Assembly: GCA_951406725.2 (NCBI GenBank)
Contig: OX597816.1
Location: 20,522,001-20,586,000, forward strand
Direction of reading: 5' to 3'
Length of the DNA stretch: 64,000 bases
Source: Octopus vulgaris
Lineage: Eukaryota
Shown here: in pieces, positions 26,072 through 39,339 of the stretch
Position numbering within the stretch: position 1 is the first letter of the stretch
Layout of the letters: the number at the start of each line of letters is the position of its first letter
The notes under the pieces: model-generated
What the model was told of the DNA's origin: nothing
Databases searched by the model: none
The model's input: only the letters and a program-made list of their open reading frames with translations
Made by a program: the position numbers and the translations under genes

Positions 26072-26342
26072 TATTGTTGTATTTAGGAATGGTCATTTTG
26101 CTAGTTTAGCCAATAAAAACACATGCACTATATATTTGGTGTTACTTTGCTTCAGCATTATTTATTTTTCACATTAATCTTAATCTTATTTCGACCAGAG
26201 TGTGACGAAAGAACTCTGGCCAAAATAAGATTAAGATTAGTGTGAAAAATAAATAATGCTGAAGCAAAGTAACACCAAATATATAGTGTGTGTGTTTTTA
26301 TTGGCTAAACTGGCAAAATGACCATTCCTAAATACAACAATA
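26072..26342. repeat. Near-perfect palindrome, 130-bp arms, 11-nt loop
   Basis: Arms 26072-26201 and 26213-26342; loop gtgacgaaaga; lies between (TAGA)n tracts. Confidence 0.9.
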
Positions 26343-26358
26343 GGATAGACAGACAGAC

Positions 26359-26429
<71 letters not shown>

Positions 26430-26796
26430 AAAATGGAGTTAAATGCAGGTGCTATTCAAATTATTTTTCTTCCTACATATGTTTCGAAGACAACATTGGT
26501 AATATTCTAGAAGGAATAAAATGGTGTAAAACAATGCAACCTTCTCATCAGGGAAAGAAAGTAACCATCAATAAGACACTTTAACAGAATGTGATGACTG
26601 TGTCCCTTCATCATTATGTGGCGTCATCACATTCTCTTAAAATGTCTTATTGTTGTATTTGGTTTCTTTCTTACCTTGATGAGAAGATTGCATTGTTTTA
26701 CACCATTTTATTCCTTCTGGAATAATACCAATGTTGTCTTCAAACATATGTCGGAAATAAAAGAATTTTAAATAACACCTGTGTTTAACTCCCTTT
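26430..26796. mobile_element. Palindromic element with a hammerhead in each arm
   Basis: Inverted arms of ~180 bp; intact HHR on the minus strand, mutated HHR on the plus strand (26672-26756). Confidence 0.75.
26470..26555 (-). ncRNA. Type I hammerhead ribozyme with intact core
   Basis: ttcc CTGATGA gaagg ttgcattg...caatgttg tcttc GAA ACATATGT A ggaa: stem I ttcc/ggaa, long stem II, palindromic stem III, GUA site. Confidence 0.75.
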
Positions 26797-26997
26797 TTTT
26801 TTATTTATCTTTATCATACAAAATATTTCACCTTTACCCGAAGTTTCTACCTTTATAAACAGATTTGTTATATCCTTGTTACTTGTGTGAATTTTTGATA
26901 CTCTGGTGACTGTTTATTTTTTTTTCCAGTCTGATTCACAACTTAAATTCATTTTAGAGTGTGCTTCTTTTCAGATCTATGGGCAACTGACTTATAT

Positions 26998-27430
26998 ATC
27001 ATCATCATCATTATCCTAATCATCCTTTAACGTCTGTTTTCCATGCTAGCATGGGTTGGATGGCTTGACCAGGGCTGGCAAGATGGAGAGATGCACAAAG
27101 ATCCAGTCAGATTTGACTTGGTTTCTATGGCAGGTTTCCCCTCCTAATGTCAACCACTTTATTGTGTGCTGGGTCTTTTAACATGGCACCAGCATAAGTG
27201 AATTTACATGATACTGGTACAGGATCCTTGCAGACCATCCCCTTCATCAGGGGAGTAGCCTTAACACTTCTGTTATAAAGGACGGGTCTTCTTAAGTACA
27301 GCAAGGCACCAGCTATCTTGATTCATTGTCATCTCATTTGAAAGATTCAGCATCTTGAGAGGTGCTCCTTCATACTTCATTCCATATCTTCTGTATCTCT
27401 CTCTTCCACGAATTCCATCCACTTCTTTAA
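26998..27430 (-). mobile_element. RTE LINE 3' end
   Basis: KIWNEV...LKMLNLSNEMTMNQDSWCLAVLKKTR plus the shared 3'UTR and (GAT)n tail. Confidence 0.65.
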
Positions 27431-27949
27431 GGAGCTGTCAGTTCCTTCCTGTCACTGAGGAAGCTCAGGTTTGATTCCTGACCTAGGAACAGCACTATTG
27501 TTTCTAGGCAATGCCCCTACATGGCCACAGTCAAATGACAAAACCAAGTTAAAGCTAAAAGGCAAATTCTTGATCCTTGTATATATAACTTGAAAGAAGT
27601 TAATTTTCTACATATTAACATGAACCTTAGGAGATGCAATTTTAAACCTTATCCATAAACATAAGTTCCAAACACCTACCAACAGTCATTAAATAACTGG
27701 TTCATATTAGCAGGTACTTCTCTAAACTATCTACTAATAAAGTCACTTTTGAAAAGGCTATCCCATAATATAATGCAGCATTTGAAAGATCCAAGAATTG
27801 TATAAATTATATTGAACCAAATGTAGATACACTAAGAAGACACACACACAGAGAAAACTGTTGTTTCAACCCACCTTGTAGCATGAATGTAGCCACTGAC
27901 ACAGCTAGCAAATTCTTAAAACTAATATGCAATCACTTCCCATACTCAC

Positions 27950-28529
27950 ACAAATACCATAAGATCTTCAATAGAAACATTGTTAAAGTTAGTTATAGTT
28001 GCCTCCCCTAAATAGGGTCAATAATACTCAATAATGATAAAAATAACTCAACCAGGAATAGTTCTGAAAGACATTGTAAATGTAGATCTCTGAACTGCTG
28101 TCCTCTAAATAATAGCTTTCTGGAAAAAGAACTTGTATGCAAGGCCAAAATCACAGACTCCAACAGAGTAACAAAGATATATATCAGAACGATGTGCAAC
28201 TCATTCAAGGGAAGATACACACAATACCTGGCATCATTCAGAGACAAAAATACATGCATATATCTATATGTATATATGTGTCTATGAATGTATATATGGT
28301 TGATCCACCAGACAATGAATGATGGTTGTAAATGTGAATCATCATAATACAAGTGGTGTCTTTCATTCCAATATTCCATGTAAACATGTCCAAAAATTTA
28401 TCGAAGATAGTAAATGCGCTGAGGGAGATTTTGGCTAATACCCCCAGCACATTGCATAACCATATGTAGGTTCCTCCATTGGCTTGGTATCATCTTGGGA
28501 ATGTCATCAGCTGTGTAATGTTGACAAAA
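27950..28529 (-). other. Candidate non-coding (or UTR) exon
   Basis: Acceptor ttttttttactaattacag| at 28530 and donor |gtgagt at 27949; unique sequence; all three frames are interrupted. Confidence 0.25.
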
Positions 28530-29110
28530 CTGTAATTAGTAAAAAAAAATGAACAAAACAATAATATTATGATCAAATTCAAAATCCAGGAAGGCATTTT
28601 TATTAGTGGACAAATCTTCAGCAATCAACTTGAGTAAACATTTCCTTCAGGAAGATTTATGCAATTAATATCATATGAAATAACTTCACAGCTTAAATCA
28701 ATTTAATATGCTTTAATTAAATATGCTCTAATTAAATATGTTTTAATGTAATGAATTTAATTTAATGCTGTATTACAACTGAATGCATATTAAATGTTAA
28801 AAGAGAAAAGCTGAACACCTAGGTTTACTTGTACGTTCTCAAGACTCTGACAAACTGATTTGCTGCCATTGCGTTTGTTTTTTGATTTCTGAGCAACAGT
28901 CTTTCATTAGCAATGATTGTTTATTAGCAATAGTCATAAGAAAGAAACGAATCTCATAAAATAAACTTCCATTCTCCTCCTATGTCTGGCCGAGTAGAAA
29001 TGTTACCAGACAGGGCAAGATGCTTAGCAGTAGTTCGTCCATCTTTTCATTCAGAGTTCAGACTCTACTAAGGTTGATTTTTGCCTTTCACCCATTCAAG
29101 CTTGATAATA

Positions 29111-29342
29111 AGGCAGCGAGCTGGCAGAATTGCTAGCACACCAGGTGAAATGCTTAGTGGTATTTTGTCTGCTGCTACGTTCTGAGTTCAAATTCCACCA
29201 AGGTAGTTGCTATGCCTTTCATCCTTTCAGAGTTGATTAAATAAGTACCAGTTACGCACTGGGGTCGATGTAATCGACTTAGTCCCTTTGTCTGTCATTG
29301 TTTGTCCACTCTATGTTTAGCCCCTTGTGGGCAATAAAGAAT
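29111..29342 (+). mobile_element. SINE family C
   Basis: ggcagcgagctggcagaa...ttctgagttcaaattcc...ataagtaccagttacgcactggggtcgatgtaatcgactt. Confidence 0.8.
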
Positions 29343-29839
29343 TTTTTTAAATAGGTACCAGTTAAGTACTGGTGTCAATGTAATTGACTTGACTACTCCT
29401 GGGAAAGAATACAAAACTGCACCCTACTGCCAACCCATTTGAGCCAGTATGGCAGAGTATGATTTCAGTGGAGAATGTCCTGAGACTTTCTTCCAGCAGT
29501 GCACTGAGCATAGGTTATCCTATTCAATCCATCAATTCTTGTCAAGCCTCAGGCTGACTCAAAGACGTTCCAACCATAACCTTCTTGTCTATGTATATAT
29601 CCAGGTACTGCAATAACTAAATAGAAAGGGTACAAAAAATGCAAGATGAATTTAAATTGTGATAACTCTTTCTAATTTTAGCACAAGATCAGTAATTTTG
29701 AAGGAGGTGGGTAAGTCAATTTCATCGACCTCAGTATATGACTGGTACTTAATTTATCAACCCTGAAAGGAAAAATAGCAAAGTCAACCTCAGCAACATT
29801 TGAACTCAGATTGTAAATGAAACATAAATGCACCCTGTG

Positions 29840-29844
<5 letters not shown>

Positions 29845-29877
<33 letters not shown>

Positions 29878-29986
29878 ATGTGCATGCTTGTGTTTACATA
29901 TATCTATCTACTGATCGATCTATCAATCTATCTACCTATATATATATATATATATATATATACAGACACTCATGTATATATATATG

Positions 29987-30017
<31 letters not shown>

Positions 30018-30049
30018 TCACACATACATATATAGATACACACATGTAT

Positions 30050-30092
<43 letters not shown>

Positions 30093-30126
30093 TACATACA
30101 TACATGCATAAATACATACATACATG

Positions 30127-30157
<31 letters not shown>

Positions 30158-30178
30158 ATATATACATTCATACATACA

Positions 30179-30214
<36 letters not shown>

Positions 30215-30221
30215 TACATAT

Positions 30222-30276
<55 letters not shown>

Positions 30277-30345
30277 ATATATACATATACATATATACAC
30301 ATGCATGTTTCTACATACATACATACACACATGCATATATATATA
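29845..30345. repeat. (TG)/(TA)/(CATA) microsatellite
   Basis: Seen directly. Confidence 0.95.
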
Positions 30346-30696
30346 TTATGGATTGACAGGGGTTTTCCAAATGTATACATTGCTTAATGCCTAAACACAC
30401 AAGTAATACATTTTACACATGATGTATTACTTAGATAAGCTCACTGTATTTCTAAAGTGTACTAAGCGTATTTACACTGTTTCATTAGTTATTGCTAATC
30501 TCAGCCAAACCAAATCTATTGACATTTGGGCATTACACACACACATACACACACACACACACACAAACACATGTTATAGGATAATATTTAAATTTATCAC
30601 ACTAACATGACCAAAACGACTCATGTTAATTTCCACAAACATATGTATGTTGCTAAACTAAATATTTTTCTGGCAAGCACAAGGACAAATAATTTG

Positions 30697-30915
30697 CGCT
30701 GGCAGAAACGTTAGCACGCCGGGCGAAATGCTTAGCCGTATTTTGTCTGCCGTTACGTTCTGAGTTCAAATCCCGCCGAGGTCGACTTTGCATTTCATCT
30801 TTTCAGGGTCGATAAATTAAGTACCAGTTACACACTGGTGTCGATGTAATCGACTTAATCCCTTTTTCCTTGTTTGTCCCCTCTATGTTTAGCCCCTTGT
30901 GGTTAGTAAAGAAAC
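30697..30915 (+). mobile_element. SINE family C, CpG-rich (younger) copy
   Basis: Matches 29111. Confidence 0.8.
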
Positions 30916-31037
30916 AAAATAATTTGTGCATACATACATGCATATATATATACATGCATGCATATCATGCCAGCATGGTATGTATGGAATGTGGATGTTA
31001 AGTGATGATGATGACGATATCCATTTATCCCCATCTA

Positions 31038-31101
<64 letters not shown>

Positions 31102-31504
31102 CTCTCTCCAGTATGGCTGCAGTCGAATGACTGAAACAGCTAAATAACAGAATAATATACATATGTACTGATGTGTGTGTGTACGTGTGTGTTTGTGTGT
31201 GTGTGTGTGTTGTATTTGTACATACATGCTATTTCATAGCAGTTTGATTCAGCTCCATTCAACTTGACATGAACCTAGCTCTTCAGGCTTAGGTAACTGA
31301 ATGTAGGAAGTTCCTGATGATTTTTGGAGATTGGGCTGCTATTGGTCAATGCAGGTCCGATGATGTTGTTCATATTGCTTTGATATAATAGTGTCATAAG
31401 ACATCTCAATCTGTATTTCTAGGACCACGTGCTCGGACAGGCTGTTGGTGGCATCACACTGTCTAAGAAATGGGGTGAGAATTATTAGCAGTACCAGTTG
31501 CTGA

Positions 31505-31730
31505 TGTTTTTGTTGTTGTTAGTCACCTCAAGTGCCTGAGGATAATTCTCAGAAGCGCTAGAGCCACGGAAGGGAGACGAATCATCTTATCCATTGTAGC
31601 CCATCAGGGTCAGACATCTCAGCCAGAGATGTTCTGCAGATTCCACCTCCTCATTACAGAGTCTGCATTGATCTCTGTCACTGCATCCTGCCATCTTTTG
31701 CCACTGCCTGAGTGCCAGATGCTGCTACTG
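31505..31730 (-). pseudogene. Non-LTR retrotransposon C-terminus (I/R1-group-like zinc knuckle) with (CAA)n tail
   Basis: HLALRQWQKMAGCSDRDQCRLCNEEVESAEHLWLRC...IILRHLR* followed by caacaacaa. Confidence 0.6.
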
Positions 31731-32267
31731 GTGTGCATGTGTGTGCAGATATACTTGCTGCATGGGTGCATGTGCATCTAGTGCATAAGTATGTGTGTAT
31801 CTACTGCATTTGTGTCTGCTGTGTGCGGTTGTGTGAGAGTTGACAGCATTGCTTCATTGGTGTCTATGTTCATGTGTGCTTGGGTGTGTGCATCTGGTTC
31901 ATGCATATGTGTGGATGTAAGAGTGCATCAGCTGTGGACATGTGTGCACATATACATGTCTATTAGTATTTGCTGTGCATGTGTACGTTTATGTGTATAT
32001 GTATATGCATGCATGTTTGGCATGCACATATGACTGTGTACATATATGTTTTGGTATCTATGTGTATCTCTGTATTTGTGTATGTATGTTTGTGTGTGTT
32101 CATACATATCTGCATAAATTGGTGCATGCATGCTTGCATGTGTTATGTGTGTTTGCATGTCTCTGGTATTTCTGTGTGTGAAAATGTCTGGTGTGTTCTC
32201 TGGTGTGTAGACATATCGGACTGGTGTGTGAGCATGCATTTGTACTCACATGCTAGTGTGCTGTGTT

Positions 32268-32268
<1 letters not shown>

Positions 32269-32311
<43 letters not shown>

Positions 32312-32321
32312 GTAGTAGTAA

Positions 32322-32375
<54 letters not shown>

Positions 32376-32529
32376 AGCAGACAGCAGCAGCAGCAGCAGC
32401 AGTAGTAGCAGGAGCAGCAGCAGCAGCAGCAGCAGTAGCAGTAGTAGTGACAGCAACAGCAGCAGCAGCAGTAGTAGTAGTGATAGCAACAGCAGCTGCT
32501 GCTGTAGCAGTAGTAGTAGCAGTAGTAGC

Positions 32530-32564
<35 letters not shown>

Positions 32565-32641
32565 AGACAGCAATAGCAGCAGAAGCTGCAGCAGTAGCAG
32601 TAGTAGCAGTAGTATTAGTAGTAAGTGGTAGCAGTAGCAGT

Positions 32642-32679
<38 letters not shown>

Positions 32680-32716
32680 TAGTAGTAGTAGCAGAAGCAG
32701 CAGCAGCAGTGGTAGT
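32269..32716. repeat. (TA)n followed by (AGT)n/(AGC)n microsatellite
   Basis: Seen directly. Confidence 0.95.
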
Positions 32717-34615
32717 AAAATGCTATGGTAATTACATAACACCAGCACACAAGTGAAATACCACCATTAAATGGTCGTCTGGTATTGAGAAACCCCAAAT
32801 AGAAACTGCAAGTTTGCCACCAGAACATCCCTTCAGTCCCTCCCCAACGATCTAATTATAAAGTTAAAGGATATAATTTGCTACCTTTACTGTTTGTATT
32901 AAACATGGTTTTATGTACATACGTTTGTGTTTGCTTTTGCATTTGCACTGTTGTTGTTGCTGTTGTAGTTGCTGTTGTTGTTGCATTACAGCAAACAACT
33001 GCAAATGTAAAAATTCTAACAGTATCTGCAAAATCAGCAGAAATGGTGTGCCACAAGACAATAGAATTTCATGCAATTATTCTTCAGTTGGCCTTGCATA
33101 AAATAGTATTAATCATTCGAAAGAATTGCTGAAGGAATTAAATTCTCTGCAATCATATCAGGTGGGGATTTACCGTTTATAATTCTATAATGTGACTTGG
33201 TACGCAGCATGAAGGAAGAATCTTGCTGTTTTTTTGTTACCCTGAATTTCCAACGGATCAAGATATTTGCAAACAGAATAATAATAGTAATTGCATGTTT
33301 AACTATTATGGCATGTGTCTAAGGATTTTTCAATTTTTCTGGTTCCATTCACACAGTTAAAATAGTCATTATAATGACAAATTGTTCATTACACATCCTT
33401 CAACTCAAATAACCAGTAATTTTTACCAAATTTATTATATTGAATTCCTTATAAAATTCCTTTTCAAATGTTTACAGCTTATACTGAAATAAAGTGCATT
33501 TCAATTTTTATTAGTAAAATTTTTCAAAAATTCCTTCATTTGACAAGGATTAAATCCAATTGTAGCAGGTAAATGGCGGAGTTAATTAAATAAAATGAAA
33601 TGTATTATGAGCACTCCTTTTCGCAATGGCTGGTGGACAAAAAGCAAAGAAAATCTTGCTGAGAAGTGAGCTCAAATTTTAAAAGGATAAAACAAAATAT
33701 TGGTAAACTCTAATTAGCTATTACTAAAGCTAAGAGTAATTAGTGCATAATTAGGATAAAATAACAATTTGTATTGTTAAAGTCATGCGCACTTATATAA
33801 ATCTTTCATTATATGGTTTGCTATATAACAAGATGTGATGCATTTGATATTACATATAAACACCGCAGAGAATCTTCTCCCACGAGGGTTCCTATTGACT
33901 TGTGAACTGTGAGTAAATGAAACAGATCAAATATAAAACACCCTGCCCCCTGCATGCATTAATGAATCGTACTGCTCATTGCTTTTATTTACAAACGGGA
34001 TTGTGCTATTGAAGATTGAATGACTTTGACAAAGACACATCACACAGCCAAATATTCAATATAAACTATTTGTATTTTCAGTTAATAGGCTCTATTGAAA
34101 CAAATCATGTGAACTTTGTTAAACATACCAACAGAAACACATCCACTGGAGCGATTTTCTGTCATTGAAATTACAAAAGCAGCTTGCACACAAACCTCAA
34201 AACCAGCAGCTTCTAGTTTTAAGGTTTGTCAGTTGTCAGGTTGCTTTAGTATAATGGCTATCATAGTCAAATAGGTTGATGGTTCATTTCCTGTAGGTGA
34301 CTCTGTTTCACAGTTTCCATCACCAAAGGTTATACAACCAGAAATAACATCCAACTTTTATCTTTTGTATTTTTCAATCATTGAACTTGGGCCAGACTAA
34401 CACACTGCCTTGAAAGTTAGAGCCAATCAAATTCTCCACCACTAACCACTTATACATGCATATACATGCACACATATACGGTATATACATACAAATATGT
34501 GTGGGGGCGTGCGTGTGTGTAATGATAAGGGGAATTGAGATTTTTCACATCCATAAATTTAATTTAACAGTTATTTACAGCATATCCTATATATATCCTA
34601 TATATACATATATAT

Positions 34616-34646
<31 letters not shown>

Positions 34647-34716
34647 GATATAGATAAATAGATATATATAGATATATAGGTAGATAGATAGATAGATAGA
34701 TAGATAGATATATAGG

Positions 34717-34750
<34 letters not shown>

Positions 34751-35255
34751 TAGATATAGATAGATAGAGTGAGCACAAGTGTGTATTGCCAACACCTCTT
34801 ATGCCCATCTCCTATGTTCCTGCCTTTAGGCGTTCACTTCATACATGTCAGCTCAATTTGATTCGTTCTCAGTCGAAGGACACCTGTTGTTTTATTCTTG
34901 TTGTTTGTATTTGCAGTTGTGTACCATGCTCTCCATTTATTGTCTTTGTTGCCGTACACATTCACTAGATTTCTTACAAAAAAATCTAATGCTCTAAGCT
35001 TAGACATTTTTGGGGGGAAACCAGATCGAACTGTCTCAAGTGCCACTTGCCTGAAACAGTAAGGATTTCTGGTAACTTGACTGAGGAAAGAAAGCTACAA
35101 ATGACCTGTCTTTTTATCGCTGTCCTTCTAATTGTTGTTTCTCTTGTCTGCCTTTGTATTGTCTGTTTGAATGTTTTATTGTCTATATTGTATTTTTGTT
35201 CCATTTATATATATGTGTGTGTGTGTATGTATATATGTATGTATATATAAATGTG

Positions 35256-35367
<112 letters not shown>

Positions 35368-35501
35368 TATATTAAATTAGAGATAAAACCACTATTAGGC
35401 AAATCAAACAGTGAAAATCATAAGCCAATACATAAAATTAATTTTAAAATATGAAAGTTAAAAATTGAAAAATTATTTAAATAATTTAAACTTAAAAATT
35501 T

Positions 35502-35562
<61 letters not shown>

Positions 35563-35755
35563 TAGTAAAAAAAACACCTTTTATCAATTCAATAATGAAA
35601 AATTAAATTATACCATTTAGAAAAATTACATATTATAGTAAGATTAAATATAAGATAAAACATATAACGATGATTAAGTAATGTGCAAAATAATAAATAA
35701 AACATATATTTACCTATATGACAATTTCAAATGCTGTAACTAGGAACTTTCTCTT

Positions 35756-35877
35756 AAATTCCCTGAGGAAGCTGTTTTACTAACTAGATTGTATTGATTA
35801 ATTCTTTAATCATTTAACTATGTAATTATAAATGGATATTCTCTTGGTAAATCAGCTGAAACATATGTCTGATATTT
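35756..35877 (+). ncRNA. Type I hammerhead ribozyme with long AT-rich stem II, within a (TA)n-flanked insertion (~35560-36110)
   Basis: CTGAGGA agctgttttac...gtaaatcagct GAA ACATATGT C: intact core, palindromic stem III, GUC site; stem I degenerate. Confidence 0.65.
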
Positions 35878-36156
35878 CATTTAATTATCAATGTCTATAT
35901 TTCATGGATTTTATAGATATAAGAATAAATGGATAATTAATTAATATACCAATTTTCCATTGTTAACTTTGGTTTATATTCTCTGGACCTGTGTACATCA
36001 TGTATTAAGACAAAATTAATTGTTGGAAACACTATGCATTCTTTAGTCCTTTTTCTTTCTGAGACTTACTTTATATCTACCTGGACTTATCTTCCAACTT
36101 CGCTAATTACATATATGTATATATGTGTATGTGTATATGTGTATATATATATATAT

Positions 36157-36462
36157 CACGTGATCACGTGACCGACCAGACCATCAGATGTTGCTACACA
36201 TCGCTGGTCACAATGCGTTTGCATTGTTTTAGCCTTCGAATGATGCCACCCCACTGGCTAAGCGAGCAGGCCAACAGAAAAAAGAGTGGGAGAAAGAGTG
36301 GTGAAAGAGTACAGCAGGGATCACCAGCCCCTGCTGGAGCCTTGTGGAGCTTTTAGGTGTTTTCGCTCAATAAACACTCACAATGCCCGGTCTTGGAATC
36401 GAAACCGCGATCCTGCGACCACGAGTCCACTGCCCTAATCACTAAGGCCATTGTGCCTCCAC
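36157..36462 (-). mobile_element. SINE family D-like, full length
   Basis: Reverse complement of the head at 55321. Confidence 0.75.
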
Positions 36463-36483
36463 ACACATATATATATATATATA

Positions 36484-36850
36484 GGTGTAGGAGTGGTCGT
36501 GTGGTAAGTAGCCTGCTTACAAACCACATGGTTCTGGGTTCAGTCCCACTGTATGGCACCTTGGGCAAGTGTCTTCTACTATAGCCTCAGGCCAACCAAA
36601 GTGGACTTGGTAGATGGAAACTGAAAGAAGTTCATTGTATATATGTATATATGCATGTATGTGTATGTGTGTGTGTCTGTGTTTGTCCCCCCGACATTGC
36701 TAAGTCCCCATAACTTAGCGATTCAGCAAAAGAGAACAATAGAATAAGTACTAGGCTTACAAAGAATAAGTCCTAGGATTGATTTGCTCGACTAAAAGGC
36801 GGTGCTCCAGCATGGCCACAGTCACATAACCGAAACAAGTAAGAGAGTAA
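36484..36850 (+). mobile_element. SINE family A
   Basis: Sequence match to the other copies. Confidence 0.8.
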
Positions 36851-36856
36851 AAAAAT

Positions 36857-36899
<43 letters not shown>

Positions 36900-37629
36900 C
36901 ATAATGAGCTTCCAAACAGTTTATGTCTGTGAAATTTGCTCACAAGGCATTGGTCAGCCTGGAACTACAGCGGAAGCCACTTGCCCAGGCTGCAGCATAG
37001 TAAGACAGAATCTTAAACCACATGGCTGCAACACAAGAATCTTAACCTATTTCTTTACTATCCACAAGGGGCTAAACACAGAAGAGACAATCAAGGACAG
37101 ACAAACGGATTAAGTTGATTATATCGACCCCAGTGCGTAACTGGTACTTAATTAATCAACCCCGAAAGGATGAAAGGCAAAGTCGCTCGGTCCAGGAATC
37201 GAAACCACAATCTTACAATCATGATGCCAACACCCTAACCACTAACCACACAGCTACACCTGCACCTCAATCTATTATTGATAGCTCTATTAGAAGCTAG
37301 TTAAATATTTCTTTTCAAGTTTGTCAATGTTTGAAACAAACAAAATGAAAATATTTACAATTTACCATATCCAGGTGACTCTCCTAAATTTGATGGTTGG
37401 GAGTTGTCAGGTTGCTTTGGTGTAATGTTTATCATGGTCATCTAGTATATGACCTACATGTGATTTTGGTTCCATAATTAATTCTGTTCACTTGTTTCCA
37501 ACAAAATAGATTTATTATCTTGTATACAAACAACTATTATTTATAACTCCATTAGTCTTCTAGCGGCTTCTTAAATATTCATTTTCAAACTACTCACTGC
37601 TTCAAATGAACCAAATAAAATCCGTATAC

Positions 37630-37812
37630 AAACAGGCATACATATGCGTACATACATACATATGTATACTTACATATACATATATACAAATAGATAGATA
37701 AATGGATTGATAGATAGATGCATACATACATAAATAGGTAGAAAATAGATAGATATATTGATAACTAGATAGATAGATAGATACAAACATACATACATAT
37801 ATACATATATAC

Positions 37813-37843
<31 letters not shown>

Positions 37844-37931
37844 CTGACAGATAGATAGATAGATAGATGGAGAGAAAGATAATAGATAGATGGAGAGAGA
37901 GAGAGATAATAGATAGATAAATAGATAATAA

Positions 37932-37962
<31 letters not shown>

Positions 37963-37998
37963 CATAGATAAGTGGAGAGAGAGATAATAGATATATGA

Positions 37999-38057
<59 letters not shown>

Positions 38058-38072
38058 CATACATACATATAT
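37630..38072. repeat. (TAGA)n/(CATA)n microsatellite
   Basis: Seen directly. Confidence 0.9.
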
Positions 38073-38074
38073 AA

Positions 38075-38900
38075 AGCAGTTTATCATGGACCAATACCCG
38101 GATTACTACCTCCCACTTTGAAGAGTATGCATTTGCAATCCAGGAACAGGAAATATCAACCAAGTACCTGATAGACAAAAGGGATAGAGATGCAGGAAAA
38201 GCAGTAAAATGTGACAACTGATCCAGACGTTGTGGAGTTCACACTAAAGATGTCACCCACATCATAAGCAGTTATCTGAAAATGACATCACAGTATTATC
38301 TACTGATGAGATATGATGCTGTAGCTAGGATACTCCCTAGGGGAATCTGTCAGAAGGATAATCCAGAGGACAAAGTAATAAGAACCCACCGTATGGTAGA
38401 AGACATAGCAACTGATAATAAAAAGGAATACTGGTGGAATGTTACAGTGAAGACCTCAATAAAATGTAAGCACAACAAACCTGATATAATGGTTTGGGAA
38501 AGAGAAGAGAAACTTTGCAGAGTTGTGGAAATTAGCTGCCCAGTGGATGTTAATATAAAGCTGAAGATCAGTGAAAAAGAGAACACCTATGCTGAACTAT
38601 TGAGAAATCTGCAGTTACTCTATCCTGATTACAAGTTCAGGTTTATACATGTAATTATTGGGGCCCTGGGATATGTAATACACTGCCTAAATACCAATCT
38701 TGAGAAATTAGGTTTTTAAAAATTCAGAAAGGAGAAGGCTAATTCAAAAACTAAAGATTCAATCCATTACTGGAACTGTAAAAATCTGTAAAACTTTCCA
38801 GAAGTTTCTCATTTAAATATATATGAGCATGTCTTGATATGCAACTATATGCATGAGAATACATATTTAAAACATACAAATCTGCACATACATACATACG
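38075..38900 (+). pseudogene. R4/Dong-clade non-LTR retrotransposon 3' fragment (CCHC + restriction-like endonuclease)
   Basis: FAIQEQEISTKY...C...THIISS...MRYDAVA...HNKPDIMVWE...VEISCP.D.NI..K..EK...YAEL...VIIGALG; ends in a (CATA)n tract. Confidence 0.85.
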
Positions 38901-38904
38901 TCAC

Positions 38905-39165
38905 ACAGCTGCATTTTCATTACACAAGAAAAGCCATTACCAAGAAGACTTACTGAGATGATTCATGATTGTTGCCATGTGATGCCCCTATATGACTTCT
39001 AAGCCCAGCCAAGCTTTTACACATTTTATTACATACTAGACAACTGTGCTGGTTGGCAGGAGAAGCAGGGGCCACCATATGCACTCTCTTAACATGTCTT
39101 TTTAGATCTCCAACTGAGAGGCACACCCTTCCACATTTTACACACGTTCTGTTATGAATTTTAAT
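38905..39165 (-). pseudogene. RTE-type LINE C-terminus with two C2H2 zinc fingers
   Basis: CVKCGRVCLSVGDLKRHVKRVH...CLVCNKMCKSLAGLRSHIGASH; related to 54728-55300. Confidence 0.65.
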
Positions 39166-39339
39166 AGCCACGTACATACATATATACAAGCAAAAATACC
39201 CTGTTGTTGATGTTGAGATTCCAATGAAGGAGGCTTGAATCTAGGTTAGAAACCAGTTCTTTCTCTATTAGCATTTCATCAATTAAGCATTTTGCGTGGT
39301 GTGCAAACGATTTTGCCAGCTCAGGTAATAATAACAACA

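Noticed and set aside
31970-32828. Poly-Ala/Val/Ser/Leu ORFs
   Set aside because: (AGT)/(AGC) microsatellite
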